Source of the DNA: an uncultured Clostridia bacterium
GTDB taxonomy: Bacteria > Bacillota > Clostridia > Oscillospirales > Oscillospiraceae
Length of the DNA: 64,000 nt
Reading direction: 5' to 3'
Assembly (NCBI GenBank): GCA_946061515.1
Contig: CAMGRL010000007.1
Coordinates: 137 to 64,136 of the forward strand
Positions 22,086 through 32,036 of this stretch are shown here, piece by piece. A program made the translations under genes and the position numbers. Every line of letters begins with the position of its first letter. Positions within the stretch are counted from its first letter, which is position 1. The notes under the pieces are model-generated. The model made no database searches, was not told where the DNA came from, and worked only from the letters and a program-made list of their open reading frames with translations.

Positions 22086-22709
22086 TTACTTTTTGACCCG
22101 AAGTTCGCCCCGGTTGGCACGGCGAAGCCCCACTTCTGTGCCGTTTAAAATACGAGAGAAATTATCCCGATGCTTATACAGCATGACGGCAGTAGCAATA
22201 CAGAGTATAGCCGCCAACAGCAGACTGCGGTTGGCATAACCCATGTAGGCCGGAACAATAACAATTGTTGTAACGGTTCCGACAACAATGTAATCGCTTA
22301 TCAGCGTTACAATAACTACGATTACCATGACCACAAGGGCGAACTTCCAGTTGAGGGCAAAGGTCATGCCCAGATAGGAGGCAAAGCCCTTGCCGCCCTT
22401 GAAGTGAAGATAGAAGGGAAACATGTGCCCCAGCACACAGGCCACGCCTGCCCCGGCCTGGACCAGCAGCTGATCCGGGCAGAACAGCTTCGCCAGCACT
22501 ACCGCCAGCACAGCCTTGCCGATATCGTGCAGCCCCACAATGATGGCCGGTTTCCAGCCTAAAAGGATCATGGTGTTGGACGCGCCCAGGTTGCCTGAGC
22601 CGGCCTTCTGGAGATCCACTTTTTTGTATTTGGAAACATAGAGGGCCATGCTGGAGCAGCCGATCAGATAACTCAGCAGCAGAACAAGCCCATAACGAAT
22701 AATAATCAA
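22086..22709 (-). CDS. plsY: Glycerol-3-phosphate acyltransferase PlsY
   Basis: 207 aa polytopic protein with GSGNLGASNTMILLG and HMFPFYLHFKGGKG motifs. Confidence 0.9.
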   Translation of the reverse strand: MIIIRYGLVLLLSYLIGCSSMALYVSKYKKVDLQKAGSGNLGASNTMILLGWKPAIIVGLHDIGKAVLAVVLAKLFCPDQLLVQAGAGVACVLGHMFPFYLHFKGGKGFASYLGMTFALNWKFALVVMVIVVIVTLISDYIVVGTVTTIVIVPAYMGYANRSLLLAAILCIATAVMLYKHRDNFSRILNGTEVGLRRANRGELRVKK

Positions 22710-22786
22710 TGAATGCGCCTCCTTTTTTCTGAAATCATTATATCAAAGGAAGGCACAAAAGTATATAAAAAATTGAAAGTATTTTT

Positions 22787-24064
22787 TCAGGTCACCAGCG
22801 CGCCCAGGGTGAGAATGCCCAGATTTTTCTCGTAAATGCCGTCAAAATCTGAGATGGGCAGGGGATTTACCCCAAGGCCCGCCTCAATGGTGTAGCCCGG
22901 CCGGTTGAAATCCTGAATAAACCAGTCCTTATAGCCCGCGAAGCCGGAGGCATAGGGCGTGCTCTCCACCCGGTAGCCCGACACATGGGAAAACAGCTCC
23001 GCGATGCTCCGGGAGCCCTCAGGCTCATAGTCAAGAAACTGCCAGAAGATCACCTCGCCCTGGGTGTGGTAAGCCAAAATCAGCTCCGGCTCCACGGACA
23101 GGGTAAAGTCGTACATGGCCCGGCTTTCCGGGGCCGTCAGGGGCGCGGCACCCACAAAATCCGCCGGCGCGGGAGAGCGTATGCCCTGGGCATATTTGTT
23201 CTCTCTGGCCTGTTCCCAGCCCGCCGGGTACTGGAGATTCAGGTCAACGCCCCGGATGTTGGCCTTCCAGCCGGAAGGGAAGGAAAACTGGGGGTAATTT
23301 ACGGCGATGGCCGCCGCGCGGTCGTAGTACTCCCCCTGGGTAAGCTCCCCGGTCACCAGGTCGACGCCGTCCGGGTTCACCGCCGGGATCAGGTACAGGG
23401 AGGCATAGTCCATCAGCTCCGCGGCGCTCTGACCGAAGATGCTGCCGCCGGAGGCAAAGGCGGAAGCCAGCTGCTCGGCAAATTTCAGCAGCACCGGCGT
23501 GGTGATCCACTCGTTGGCATGGTGGGAGGCGTTGTACATCACCCGGTTTTCCCCACTGCCCAGGAGCATATACCACAGGGGCCTGCCCATGACGCTTTTG
23601 CCGATTTCTCCGGTGACAATAAAGGGGTAGCGGGCCGCAAGCCCTCTCACGCAGTAGGCCACCAGCTGAGAGGAGTAAGCGATGTCCGTAGGGACCACCG
23701 GAAAAGGCAGAGGGACAACCAGCTGTGTGCCGATAAGGAGATTGGCCGGATTCAGCTCCGGATTGGCAAGCCGAATGGCTTCCACGCTGCTGCCGTATCC
23801 TTCGGCGACAGAATACAGACTGTCGCCCCGCTGAACCCGGTGTACCGTAAAGCCGGTGTACCAGGGCAGAAGGGTCCGGTGGGTGCCGCTGCCCGCGATC
23901 CCATCCGGCGTCAGTCCGTGGGCCTGCTGAAAGCGGGCAAGGGCAGTCTGCGTGGCTGTGCCGAAAACGCCGTCCTGCTCCAGCGGACCAAAGCCTGCCC
24001 GGTTCAGGGCAAGCTGCAAAAGCTGTACCGATGGGCCCATGCTGCCCAGACGTAATACTCTCAT
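22787..24064 (-). CDS. Peptidoglycan-binding (PG_binding_1) + LysM + M14 zinc carboxypeptidase, gamma-D-glutamyl-meso-DAP peptidase-like
   Basis: PG-binding repeat is GPSVQLLQLALNRAGF...DGVFGTATQTALARFQQAHGLTPDGIAG. LysM is HRVQRGDSLYSVAEGYGSSVEAIRLANP. M14 motifs are HHANEWITT and GVDLNLQYPAGW. Confidence 0.82.
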   Translation of the reverse strand: MRVLRLGSMGPSVQLLQLALNRAGFGPLEQDGVFGTATQTALARFQQAHGLTPDGIAGSGTHRTLLPWYTGFTVHRVQRGDSLYSVAEGYGSSVEAIRLANPELNPANLLIGTQLVVPLPFPVVPTDIAYSSQLVAYCVRGLAARYPFIVTGEIGKSVMGRPLWYMLLGSGENRVMYNASHHANEWITTPVLLKFAEQLASAFASGGSIFGQSAAELMDYASLYLIPAVNPDGVDLVTGELTQGEYYDRAAAIAVNYPQFSFPSGWKANIRGVDLNLQYPAGWEQARENKYAQGIRSPAPADFVGAAPLTAPESRAMYDFTLSVEPELILAYHTQGEVIFWQFLDYEPEGSRSIAELFSHVSGYRVESTPYASGFAGYKDWFIQDFNRPGYTIEAGLGVNPLPISDFDGIYEKNLGILTLGALVT

Positions 24065-24236
24065 GCGCTCTCTCCTCCGTTGTCAAACTGCTTAAATATA
24101 TGCGGGCACGAACGAAATATTCCAAAAAATAAAGGCTTACAGGGCTTTTTCCCTGCTGTATCGCTCTGTACAAGCATAAAACGCTGTGATATAATATTCT
24201 GAAATATTGCCCAGAAACGAAACGGAGAAAGTGAAC

Positions 24237-25601
24237 ATGAAGATAATCATTGTGGGCGCGGGCAAAGTGGGCTATTCCGTGGCAAACATGCTCTCGGATG
24301 AAGGCCATGACATCACCGTGATAGACCGCAACCCGGAGACCATATCGCATCTGTCAAACGACCTGGACGTGATCTGCGTTGAAGGCAACGCCACCAACCC
24401 GGAAACGCTTATGGAGGCCGGCGCGGCGGAGGCCGATCTGCTGATGGCCGCCACCGAGCAGGACGAGGTTAACATGATCTGCGGCATTGCCGCCCGGAAG
24501 CTGGGGACGAAACACATCATTGCCCGTATCCGTGACCCGGAGTATCTGAGCCAGACTGAATTTCTCCGGGAGGTTCTGGGCCTTTCCGTGATTATCAACC
24601 CCGAATACGAATGCGCCAAGGAGATCTCCCGTATGCTGCGCTTTCCCAGCGCCGTCCGGGTGGACGCCTTTTCCAAGGGCAGTGTGGAGATCATTGAGCA
24701 CAGAGTTCCCGAGAAAAGCAAGCTGGACGGGATGCAGCTGAAAAAGCTGTCCAAGGAGTTGGGCGCCAAGGTCCTTGTCTGCGTGGTGGAGCGGGGCGGC
24801 GACGCCCTGATCCCCAACGGCGATTTTGTCCTCCACGCGGGGGACAGACTCAGCATCTCCGGCGCATCCCGGGAGCTGAGAAGATTTTTTGTGGCCATAG
24901 GCCAGTACCGCCGCCCGGTGAAAAACGTGATGGTCATGGGCGGAGGCAGGATCTCGGTCTACCTCACCCGCCTTCTGCTGGACAGCGGCATTGACGTGAC
25001 GGTCATCGACAGGGACAGAGAGCGCTGCGATCTGCTCTGCGATCTGATCCCCAACGCCCACATCATCAACGGCGACGCCACCCGAAACGAGGTGCTTCTG
25101 GAGGAAGGCATCCGCAGCACCGACGCCTTTGTGGCCCTCACCGGCGACGACGGGGACAATATCATCACCTCCATGTACGCCAAGCACCACGGCGTGCCGA
25201 AAATCGTCACCAAGGTGAACCGGGAGCACTTTACCGGCATACTGGAAAGCTCCGGGCTGGACAGCATCGTCACCCCCAAGGACCTGGTGGCCCAGCAGAT
25301 CACCCGGTATGTCCGGGCCATGAACAACTCTGTGGGCAGCAGCATGGAGACGCTCTACCGCCTGGCCGACGGCAAGGTGGAGGCTCTTGAGTTTAAGGTG
25401 GGCGAAGGCTCCGCCTGTGTGGGTATCCCCCTGAAAACCCTGCGGCTCAAGCCCAATATTCTGATCAGCGCGGTGATCCGCGGCAGCAGGAGCATCATCC
25501 CCGACGGCGAAACCGTGATCTGCCCCGGCGACCACGCCGTGATCGTCACCGCCGCCGGCCGGCTCAAGGATCTGGACGCAATCGTAGAGGAAGAGCAATG
25601 A
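24237..25601 (+). CDS. trkA: Trk system potassium uptake protein TrkA (tandem RCK domains)
   Basis: MKIIIVGAGKVGYSVA, and a second Rossmann motif VMVMGGGRISVYL. 454 aa. Confidence 0.9.
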   Translation: MKIIIVGAGKVGYSVANMLSDEGHDITVIDRNPETISHLSNDLDVICVEGNATNPETLMEAGAAEADLLMAATEQDEVNMICGIAARKLGTKHIIARIRDPEYLSQTEFLREVLGLSVIINPEYECAKEISRMLRFPSAVRVDAFSKGSVEIIEHRVPEKSKLDGMQLKKLSKELGAKVLVCVVERGGDALIPNGDFVLHAGDRLSISGASRELRRFFVAIGQYRRPVKNVMVMGGGRISVYLTRLLLDSGIDVTVIDRDRERCDLLCDLIPNAHIINGDATRNEVLLEEGIRSTDAFVALTGDDGDNIITSMYAKHHGVPKIVTKVNREHFTGILESSGLDSIVTPKDLVAQQITRYVRAMNNSVGSSMETLYRLADGKVEALEFKVGEGSACVGIPLKTLRLKPNILISAVIRGSRSIIPDGETVICPGDHAVIVTAAGRLKDLDAIVEEEQ

Positions 25602-27034
25602 ACTACCGGATGATTTCGCACACCCTGGGCTCGGTGCTGGCCTGCCTTGCGGCACTGATGCTGCTCCCTCTGGCGGCGGGCCTGTGTTACGGGGAAAATG
25701 TTCTGGGCTTTGTTGTGGCCGTGGGGATCACGGCGGCGGTGAGCTTCGTTCTGCGGAGCTTTAAGCCCAGAAGTACGGATATCTATGCCAGGGAAGGCTT
25801 CGTTATTGTGGGCCTTGCCTGGATCAGCATGTCTCTTTTGGGCGCTCTGCCCTTTGTCATCAGCGGCCAGATCCCCAATTATATCGACGCGGTGTTTGAA
25901 ACGGTCTCCGGCTTCACCACCACCGGCGCCTCTATCCTGACCGATATTGAGGGTATGTCCCACGCCTGCCTGTTCTGGCGCTCCTTTACCCACTGGATCG
26001 GCGGCATGGGCGTTCTGGTCTTCGTCATGGCCGTGCTGCCCATGAGCGGAGAGCACTCCATGCACATCATGCGGGCGGAGGTCCCCGGCCCCACCGTGGG
26101 CAAGCTGGTGCCCAGAGCCAGGGAGACAGCCAAGATCCTTTATCTGATGTATATGGCCCTGACCGCTTTGGAGACCATACTTCTGAAGGCCGGGGGACTG
26201 AGCTTTTTTGACGCGCTGCTCCACGCCTTCGGCACAGCCGGTACCGGCGGCTTTTCCACAAAGGCGGCCAGTGTGGGCGCCTTCAACAGCCTGTATGTGG
26301 AGATGGTCATCTCCGTATTCATGCTGCTGTTCTCCGTGAACTTCAACCTGTACTACCTGCTTCTCATCGGCCGGGTCAGGGATGTGCTGAAAAACGAGGA
26401 GCTGCACTGGTTTCTGGCCATCGTGCTGTTTTCCGTGCTGACCATCGCCGTGAACATTTACGGCATGTACGGCAGCTTTACCACCGCCCTGCGCCACGCC
26501 TTCTTCAATGTTTCCACCATCATCAGCACCACGGGCTTCGGCACGGTGGACTTCAATCTGTGGCCCCAGTATTCAAAGTGGCTGCTGATCCTGCTGATGT
26601 TCATCGGCGCCTGCGCCGGCAGCACCGGCGGCGGATTGAAAGTCTCCCGTGTGGTCATGCTGCTGAAATCCGCCGAGGCGGAGCTGAAAAAAATGATCCG
26701 CCCCCGCAGCGTCACCCGGGTCCAGCTGGAGGGCAAACGGGTGGAGACCGGCGCTGTCCACGCGGTGAACACCTTCTTTGTCATGTATCTGATGATCCTT
26801 CTGGTCTGCACGCTGCTGATCTCCGTGGACGGCTTTGACATGGAGACCAGCTTTACCGGCGCGCTGGCCTGCCTTTCCAATATTGGCCCCGGCATGTCCC
26901 TGGTGGGCCCCACCGGGAGCTACTCCATGTTCTCCGCTTTTTCCAAAATCGTTTTGTCTCTGGCCATGCTGATCGGCAGACTGGAGATCTACCCCATTCT
27001 TCTGCTCTTCAGCCGCCACACCTGGAAGCGCTGA
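25598..27034 (+). CDS. trkH: TrkH-family potassium transporter
   Basis: 478 aa polytopic protein with selectivity-filter-like SGFTTTGAS, TAGTGGFST, TTGFGT and STGGGLK. 4-nt overlap with trkA. Confidence 0.9.
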   Translation: MNYRMISHTLGSVLACLAALMLLPLAAGLCYGENVLGFVVAVGITAAVSFVLRSFKPRSTDIYAREGFVIVGLAWISMSLLGALPFVISGQIPNYIDAVFETVSGFTTTGASILTDIEGMSHACLFWRSFTHWIGGMGVLVFVMAVLPMSGEHSMHIMRAEVPGPTVGKLVPRARETAKILYLMYMALTALETILLKAGGLSFFDALLHAFGTAGTGGFSTKAASVGAFNSLYVEMVISVFMLLFSVNFNLYYLLLIGRVRDVLKNEELHWFLAIVLFSVLTIAVNIYGMYGSFTTALRHAFFNVSTIISTTGFGTVDFNLWPQYSKWLLILLMFIGACAGSTGGGLKVSRVVMLLKSAEAELKKMIRPRSVTRVQLEGKRVETGAVHAVNTFFVMYLMILLVCTLLISVDGFDMETSFTGALACLSNIGPGMSLVGPTGSYSMFSAFSKIVLSLAMLIGRLEIYPILLLFSRHTWKR

Positions 27035-27051
27035 TGCCAAAGGAGTAAAAC

Positions 27052-28392
27052 GTGAAAAAAAACAGACAGCTTTCCCCTGCTCAGATCATTCCCCTGAGCT
27101 TTCTCGCCATGATATTGCTGGGTACCCTGCTGCTGATGCTGCCCTTTGCCACCTGGGACGGCCGGGGAGCCGGGCTGGAGACGGCCCTCTTCACCGCCAC
27201 CTCCGCCTCCTGCGTCACGGGCCTGGTTCTGCAGGACACGGCCCGATACTGGACCTTGTTCGGCCAGATCGTTATCCTGTGCCTGATCCAGATCGGCGGC
27301 ATGGGCGTTGTCACCATGGCCGTGATCATCAGCATGTTTTCGGGCCGGAAGATCGGACTGAAAGAGCGCTGGGTAATGCAGGAGTCCATCTCCGCCCCCC
27401 AGGTGGGCGGCATTGTCCGCATGACGGGTTTGATTTTGAAAGTCACCCTGGCGGTGGAGCTTACCGGGGCGGCGCTGCTGGCCCTCAGCTTCTGCCGGTC
27501 CATGAATACGGGAAAAGGACTGTGGTACGCCCTGTTTCACTCCATTTCCGCCTTCTGCAACGCGGGCTTTGACCTGATGGGGATCAAGGAGCCCTGCTCT
27601 TCCCTGACCGCCTTTACCGGGGACGCCATTGTCAACATCACCCTGGTGTTCATCATCCTCATCGGCGGCATCGGCTTTGCCACCTGGAGCGATGTGCGGG
27701 AGTACGGCTTCCGGATACACCGCTACAGCCAGCAGAGCAAGATCATTCTGGTCACCACCCTGGTCCTTGTGCTGGGCGGCTTCTGCTTTATGTTCTTTTA
27801 TGAATTTGCCCTGCCCCAGTGGGCGGGGTTGAGCCTGGGACAGCGTACCCTGGCTGCCCTGTTCCAGACCGTGACGCCCAGAACCGCGGGCTTCAATACG
27901 GTGGACCTGAACGCCATGAGCGGCGCGGGAAAGCTGGTGGTGCTCTGCCTGATGCTGATCGGCGGCGCGCCTGGCTCCACGGCCGGCGGCTTTAAGATGA
28001 CCACCATCGCGGTGCTGCTGCTCTGCGTCCGGGCGGCCTACCGGGGCCGGGAGAGCGCCGAGGCCTTCGGCCGCCGGGTGCCGGACAAGTCTATCCGCAA
28101 CGCGGCGGCGGTGTTCATGCTGTACATCCTGCTTTTTGTGGGTGTAGGGATCGCCATCTGCTGCATCGACGGGGTGGAGCTGATGCCGGCCCTGTTTGAG
28201 GCGGCCTCCGCCGTGGCCACGGTGGGCCTCTCTCTGGGCATCACATCCCAGCTGTCCACCATCTCTCATCTGCTGCTGATCCTGCTCATGTTCTTTGGAC
28301 GCGTGGGCGGGCTGACGCTGATTTACGCCGTATCCACCGGCGACGGCCCCACGGGAGCAAGGCTGCCCATGGGCCGGGTAACTGTGGGCTGA
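27052..28392 (+). CDS. ktrB: Second TrkH/KtrB-family potassium transporter
   Basis: 446 aa with the four MPM filter motifs SASCVTGL, CNAGFDL, RTAGFNT and STAGGFK. GTG start follows AAAGGAG. Confidence 0.8.
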   Translation: MKKNRQLSPAQIIPLSFLAMILLGTLLLMLPFATWDGRGAGLETALFTATSASCVTGLVLQDTARYWTLFGQIVILCLIQIGGMGVVTMAVIISMFSGRKIGLKERWVMQESISAPQVGGIVRMTGLILKVTLAVELTGAALLALSFCRSMNTGKGLWYALFHSISAFCNAGFDLMGIKEPCSSLTAFTGDAIVNITLVFIILIGGIGFATWSDVREYGFRIHRYSQQSKIILVTTLVLVLGGFCFMFFYEFALPQWAGLSLGQRTLAALFQTVTPRTAGFNTVDLNAMSGAGKLVVLCLMLIGGAPGSTAGGFKMTTIAVLLLCVRAAYRGRESAEAFGRRVPDKSIRNAAAVFMLYILLFVGVGIAICCIDGVELMPALFEAASAVATVGLSLGITSQLSTISHLLLILLMFFGRVGGLTLIYAVSTGDGPTGARLPMGRVTVG

Positions 28393-28417
28393 GCCTGTAT
28401 AAACGCAAGGAGGAAAC

Positions 28418-29071
28418 ATGAAAACGACAAAATCCATTCTGCTCATCGGCCTGGGCCGCTTTGGCCGCCACCTGGCCATGAAGTTTCACGAGCTGAACCA
28501 TGAGGTTCTGGCCATTGACAAGGACGAAAACAAGGTCAACGCGGTGCTGGACTATGTGACCAACGCCCAGATCGGCGACAGCACCAACGAGCGCTTTATC
28601 GAATCTCTGGGCGTGCGGAATTTTGATTTGTGCATTGTGGCCATTGCCGACGATTTCCAGAGCTCTCTGGAGACTACCGCCCTTTTGAAGGACAACGGCG
28701 CGCCCTTCGTCCTCTCCCGGGCCACCCAGGACAGCCATGCCAAGTTCCTCCTGCGAAACGGCGCGGACGACGTGGTGTATCTGGAAAAACAGATGGCAAA
28801 CTGGGCCGCCGTCACCTACAGCGACGACAGCATCTTTGACTATATGCCCCTGGCCAACAATTACGCCATCTATGAGATCAGCGTGCCCCAGCACTGGGTG
28901 GGCCGGACGGCGGTTGATCTGGAAGTACGGAAAAAGCACAACATCAACATCCTGGCCACCAAGCAAAACGGCGTGGTCGCGCCCCTCTCCGGCGGCAGCC
29001 ATGTGTTTTCCAACGGAGAAAGAGTGCTGGTCATGGCCTCCGACCGGGATATACAGAAGTTTCTCCACTGA
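28418..29071 (+). CDS. ktrA: KtrA-type single-RCK potassium uptake regulator
   Basis: 217 aa with ILLIGLGRFGRHLA (Rossmann motif) and a C-terminal RCK_C domain. Confidence 0.82.
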   Translation: MKTTKSILLIGLGRFGRHLAMKFHELNHEVLAIDKDENKVNAVLDYVTNAQIGDSTNERFIESLGVRNFDLCIVAIADDFQSSLETTALLKDNGAPFVLSRATQDSHAKFLLRNGADDVVYLEKQMANWAAVTYSDDSIFDYMPLANNYAIYEISVPQHWVGRTAVDLEVRKKHNINILATKQNGVVAPLSGGSHVFSNGERVLVMASDRDIQKFLH

Positions 29072-29088
29072 AATATACGGAAATGTTG

Positions 29089-29120
29089 AAAAAACCTGCA
29101 TCTTTCGATGCAGGTTTTTT
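29089..29120. terminator. Bidirectional hairpin between convergent ktrA and cysE
   Basis: aaaaaacctgcatc tttc gatgcaggtttttt. Confidence 0.75.
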
Positions 29121-29134
29121 CAACAAATAAGCAT

Positions 29135-29773
29135 TCAATTCAGGTTATCCAGCTTTTCGCTGATCTCGCCCAAGGCTCTGCGGATGGCGGCAAGCTCGGA
29201 GCTGACCGGGTCGGCCACGCTGATCTGGTCCACCTCGCCCACATAGTTGACCTTGCGCCCGTCGACCTTCACCACCCGGGCCGGTACACCCACGGCGGTA
29301 CTGTTGGGCGGGATCTCGCTCAGCACCACGGAGTTTGCGGCAATGCGGCTGTTGTCCCCTACCTTGAAGGGACCCAGGACCTTTGCGCCTGTGCCGATCA
29401 GCACGTTGTTTCCGATGGTGGGGTGGCGCTTGCCCACGTCCTTGCCGGTGCCGCCCAGGGTCACGCCGTGGTAGATCAGGCAGTCGTCGCCAATCTCGGC
29501 GGTCTCGCCGATGACGATGCCCATGCCGTGGTCGATGACCAGCCGCTTGCCGATCTTCGCGCCGGGATGGATCTCAATGCCGGTGCGGTGGCGGCTGCGC
29601 TGGGAGATCAGCCGGGCCATAAATTTCAGCCCGTGCTCATAACACCAGTGGGCTTTCCTGTGGCTCCTCACGGCTCTCACGCCGGGGTACAGCAGCAGAA
29701 TCTCAAGGGCGCTGCGAGCAGCCGGGTCCCTGGCCTTATAGGCCTGAACGATTTCTTTTAAGTTGTTAAACAT
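29135..29773 (-). CDS. cysE: Serine O-acetyltransferase
   Basis: Contains DPAARSALEILLLYPG and hexapeptide repeats (GIEIHPGAKIGKRLVIDHGMGIVIGETAEIGDDCLIYHGVTLGG). The start MFNNLKEI at 29773 follows an AGGAAGGGA RBS. Confidence 0.9.
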   Translation of the reverse strand: MFNNLKEIVQAYKARDPAARSALEILLLYPGVRAVRSHRKAHWCYEHGLKFMARLISQRSRHRTGIEIHPGAKIGKRLVIDHGMGIVIGETAEIGDDCLIYHGVTLGGTGKDVGKRHPTIGNNVLIGTGAKVLGPFKVGDNSRIAANSVVLSEIPPNSTAVGVPARVVKVDGRKVNYVGEVDQISVADPVSSELAAIRRALGEISEKLDNLN

Positions 29774-29890
29774 CCTCTTATCCCTTCCTGTCGTATATAG
29801 TTTATGCGGCAGGAGGAACATCGGCGAATCAGGTAAACCATAAACCGCTCCGAACGAAATCAATTCCTACTAAAAAAATAGGACAAAAGG

Positions 29891-29919
29891 ATTATACACG
29901 ATAAGCAAACATCTGTCAA
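29891..29919 (-). promoter_or_regulatory. Consensus promoter TTGACA-17 nt-TATAAT upstream of cysE
   Basis: The -35 is 29914-29919 and the -10 is 29891-29896 on the minus strand. The leader is ~110 nt. Confidence 0.55.
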
Positions 29920-29934
29920 CAGGGTAGTAATCGC

Positions 29935-30615
29935 TTAGTTTATGATTTTCCCGTCGGATGAGATGACTTTCACCTCACAGGGGATGGATTTGCCGCTGGC
30001 CAGGAGGGCGCGCATCACGGCCTTTTCCAGACCGCCGCAGCAGGGGACCTGCATCCGGGCCAGGGTGATGCTTTTGATGTCGTTGGCGGCAAAGATCTCC
30101 GCCAGCTTTTCCGCGTAGTCCGTCTGGTCCAGCTTGGGGCAGCCGATCAGGCAGACGCGGCCTCGGATAAAGTCCTGGTGAAAGCTTCCGTAGGCGTAGG
30201 CCGTGCAGTCCGCCGCGATCAGCAGATCGGCCCCGCTAAAGAAGGGGGCGTTGACCGGCACAAGCTTGATCTGTACGGGCCACTGGCGCAGACAGCTTGC
30301 CGCAGGCGCTGCGGCAGGCTCCGGCATGTTCCGGGCGATAGCCTTAACCGCTGCTCCCGGGCAGCCGGTGTTCCCGGCGTTTTTCTTCGCGGCCAGCACC
30401 GCCGCCTCGTTATAGGCCGGGGCCTCCCGCTCCTCAAAGGAGATGGCGTTTTCCGGGCAGGCGGGCAGACAGTCGCCCAGACCGTCGCAGTAATCCTCCC
30501 GCATGAGTTTGGCCTTGCCGTTCACCAGGCCGATGGCGCCCTCATGGCAGGCCCGGACGCACAGACCGCAGCCGCTGCATTTTTCCTCATCTATTTTAAT
30601 TATCCTTCTGAACAT
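29935..30615 (-). CDS. 4Fe-4S dicluster domain protein with a Cys-rich C-terminal domain
   Basis: Contains CSGCGLCVRACHEGAI and CDGLGDCLPACPENAI. The C-terminal part has ADCTAYA, LIGCPKLD and VPCCGGL. The start MFRRIIKID at 30615 follows AAAGGAG. Confidence 0.7.
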   Translation of the reverse strand: MFRRIIKIDEEKCSGCGLCVRACHEGAIGLVNGKAKLMREDYCDGLGDCLPACPENAISFEEREAPAYNEAAVLAAKKNAGNTGCPGAAVKAIARNMPEPAAAPAASCLRQWPVQIKLVPVNAPFFSGADLLIAADCTAYAYGSFHQDFIRGRVCLIGCPKLDQTDYAEKLAEIFAANDIKSITLARMQVPCCGGLEKAVMRALLASGKSIPCEVKVISSDGKIIN

Positions 30616-30794
30616 GTCATCAGGCTCCTTTCTTTTGCTGTCGTGCTCATTGTACCGTCTGCGCCGGGTTTGCCCTGTTGCGATCTCAACACTTTTGTTC
30701 AATGGAAAAATATTAAATTCGCGCTGAAATCTTCCTGTCCCTTTACACCGGGGGATGTGGGAGATATAATGTGAAAAAAACCAGGAGGCGAGCT

Positions 30795-31820
30795 ATGCTC
30801 TCATTTGAAAACGACTACAACGCCGGGGCCCATCCGCTGGTGCTCAAGGCCTTAATGGACACCAATCTGATCAAAGAGCCGGGCTACGGCAACGACGATT
30901 TCTGCCGCAGCGCGGCGGAGAAGATCCGCGCGGCCTGCGTCTGCCCGGAGGCGGAGGTCTACTTCATCTCCGGCGGCACCCAGACCAACCAGGTGGTGAT
31001 CTCCTCTCTGCTCCGCTCCTATGAGGGGGTGCTCTCCGCGGTCAGCGGCCATGTGAACGGCCACGAGGCCGGAGCGATCGAGTATTCCGGCCACAAGGTG
31101 CTGACCCTGCCCCAGCACCAGGGCAAAATCGACCCCGCTGAGCTGGAGGCCTGGATCAAAAGCTTTTACGCCGACGAGAGCCATGAGCACATGGTCTTTC
31201 CCGGCATGGTTTACATCTCCCACCCCACGGAGTACGGGACTTTGTACAGCAAGGCGGAGCTGGAGGGCCTGTCCCAGGTCTGCCGCCGCTATGCTTTGCC
31301 CCTGTTTCTGGACGGGGCCCGGCTGGGCTACGGCCTGATGAGCCGGGAAACAGACCTGCGCCTTGAAGATATTGCCCGTCTGTGCGATGTATTCTACATT
31401 GGCGGCACCAAGGTGGGCGCGCTCTGCGGCGAGGCCCTGGTGTTCACCCACAAAAATGCCCCGGAGCATTTCCCCACGCTCATCAAGCAGCGGGGGGCCA
31501 TGCTGGCCAAGGGGCGGCTGCTGGGCGTGCAGTTTGACGCGCTGTTTACCGACGGGCTGTATTTTGCCATCGGCCGCCATGCCATAGAAAAGGCGGAGCG
31601 GCTGAAAGAGATGTTCCGGCAGCGGGGCTATGCCTTTTATCTGGACTCCCCCACCAATCAGCAGTTTATCGTCCTGCGTAACGAAAAAGCGGAGGAGCTG
31701 CGGCAGTATGTGCGCTTCACGGTCTGGGAAAAGCCGGATGAAAGCCACACCGTGGCCCGCTTCTGCACCAGCTGGGCCACCACCGACGAGGAGCTGGATG
31801 AGCTGGAAAAGCTGATATAA
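30795..31820 (+). CDS. Threonine aldolase / beta-eliminating lyase family PLP enzyme
   Basis: MLSFENDYNAGAHPLVLKAL..YGNDDFC..FISGGTQTNQ..FLDGARL..IGGTKVGAL (PLP lysine context). The start at 30795 follows CCAGGAGG. Confidence 0.8.
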   Translation: MLSFENDYNAGAHPLVLKALMDTNLIKEPGYGNDDFCRSAAEKIRAACVCPEAEVYFISGGTQTNQVVISSLLRSYEGVLSAVSGHVNGHEAGAIEYSGHKVLTLPQHQGKIDPAELEAWIKSFYADESHEHMVFPGMVYISHPTEYGTLYSKAELEGLSQVCRRYALPLFLDGARLGYGLMSRETDLRLEDIARLCDVFYIGGTKVGALCGEALVFTHKNAPEHFPTLIKQRGAMLAKGRLLGVQFDALFTDGLYFAIGRHAIEKAERLKEMFRQRGYAFYLDSPTNQQFIVLRNEKAEELRQYVRFTVWEKPDESHTVARFCTSWATTDEELDELEKLI

Positions 31821-31827
31821 CAAAAAA

Positions 31828-31916
31828 GTCACCCTGAGGAGCGACGCAACGAAGGATCCCGCAGGCAGAGCATTGACCTTCTGTTTACGGGATCCTTCGC
31901 TGGCGCTCAGAATGAC
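31828..31916. repeat. REP-like imperfect palindromic element
   Basis: The left arm is gtcaccctgaggagcgacgcaacgaaggatcccg and the right arm is cgggatccttcgctggcgctcagaatgac. They share a 12-bp perfect core, cgaaggatcccg/cgggatccttcg. Confidence 0.6.
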
Positions 31917-31945
31917 GGGGACACCTCATCCGGCCCTGCGGGCCA

Positions 31946-31990
31946 CCTTCCCCTCGAGGGGAAGGCTTCGCGGGCGACCGCAAGGGTCGC
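31946..31990. repeat. Two adjacent GC-rich hairpins of REP-like character
   Basis: The 20-bp perfect palindrome ccttcccctcgaggggaagg is at 31946-31965. A ggcgacc gcaa gggtcgcc hairpin is at about 31973-31990. Confidence 0.5.
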
Positions 31991-32036
31991 CCCTACGGCC
32001 CTGACAAGGGGAGCCACGGAGCTCGGCAAGGGGAGC

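Noticed and set aside
24065-24236. Cyclic-di-AMP (ydaO-type) riboswitch upstream of the trk/ktr operon
   Set aside because: The candidate -10 lies only ~40 nt from the trkA ATG. The spacer is a divergent promoter region with no extended conserved structure.
24354-29101. Minus-strand ORFs 24354..25655, 25355..26497, 26989..28479 and 28286..29101
   Set aside because: These are shadows of trkA, trkH, ktrB and ktrA. Their translations are His/Gly/Ala/Gln-rich with no membrane or enzymatic signatures.
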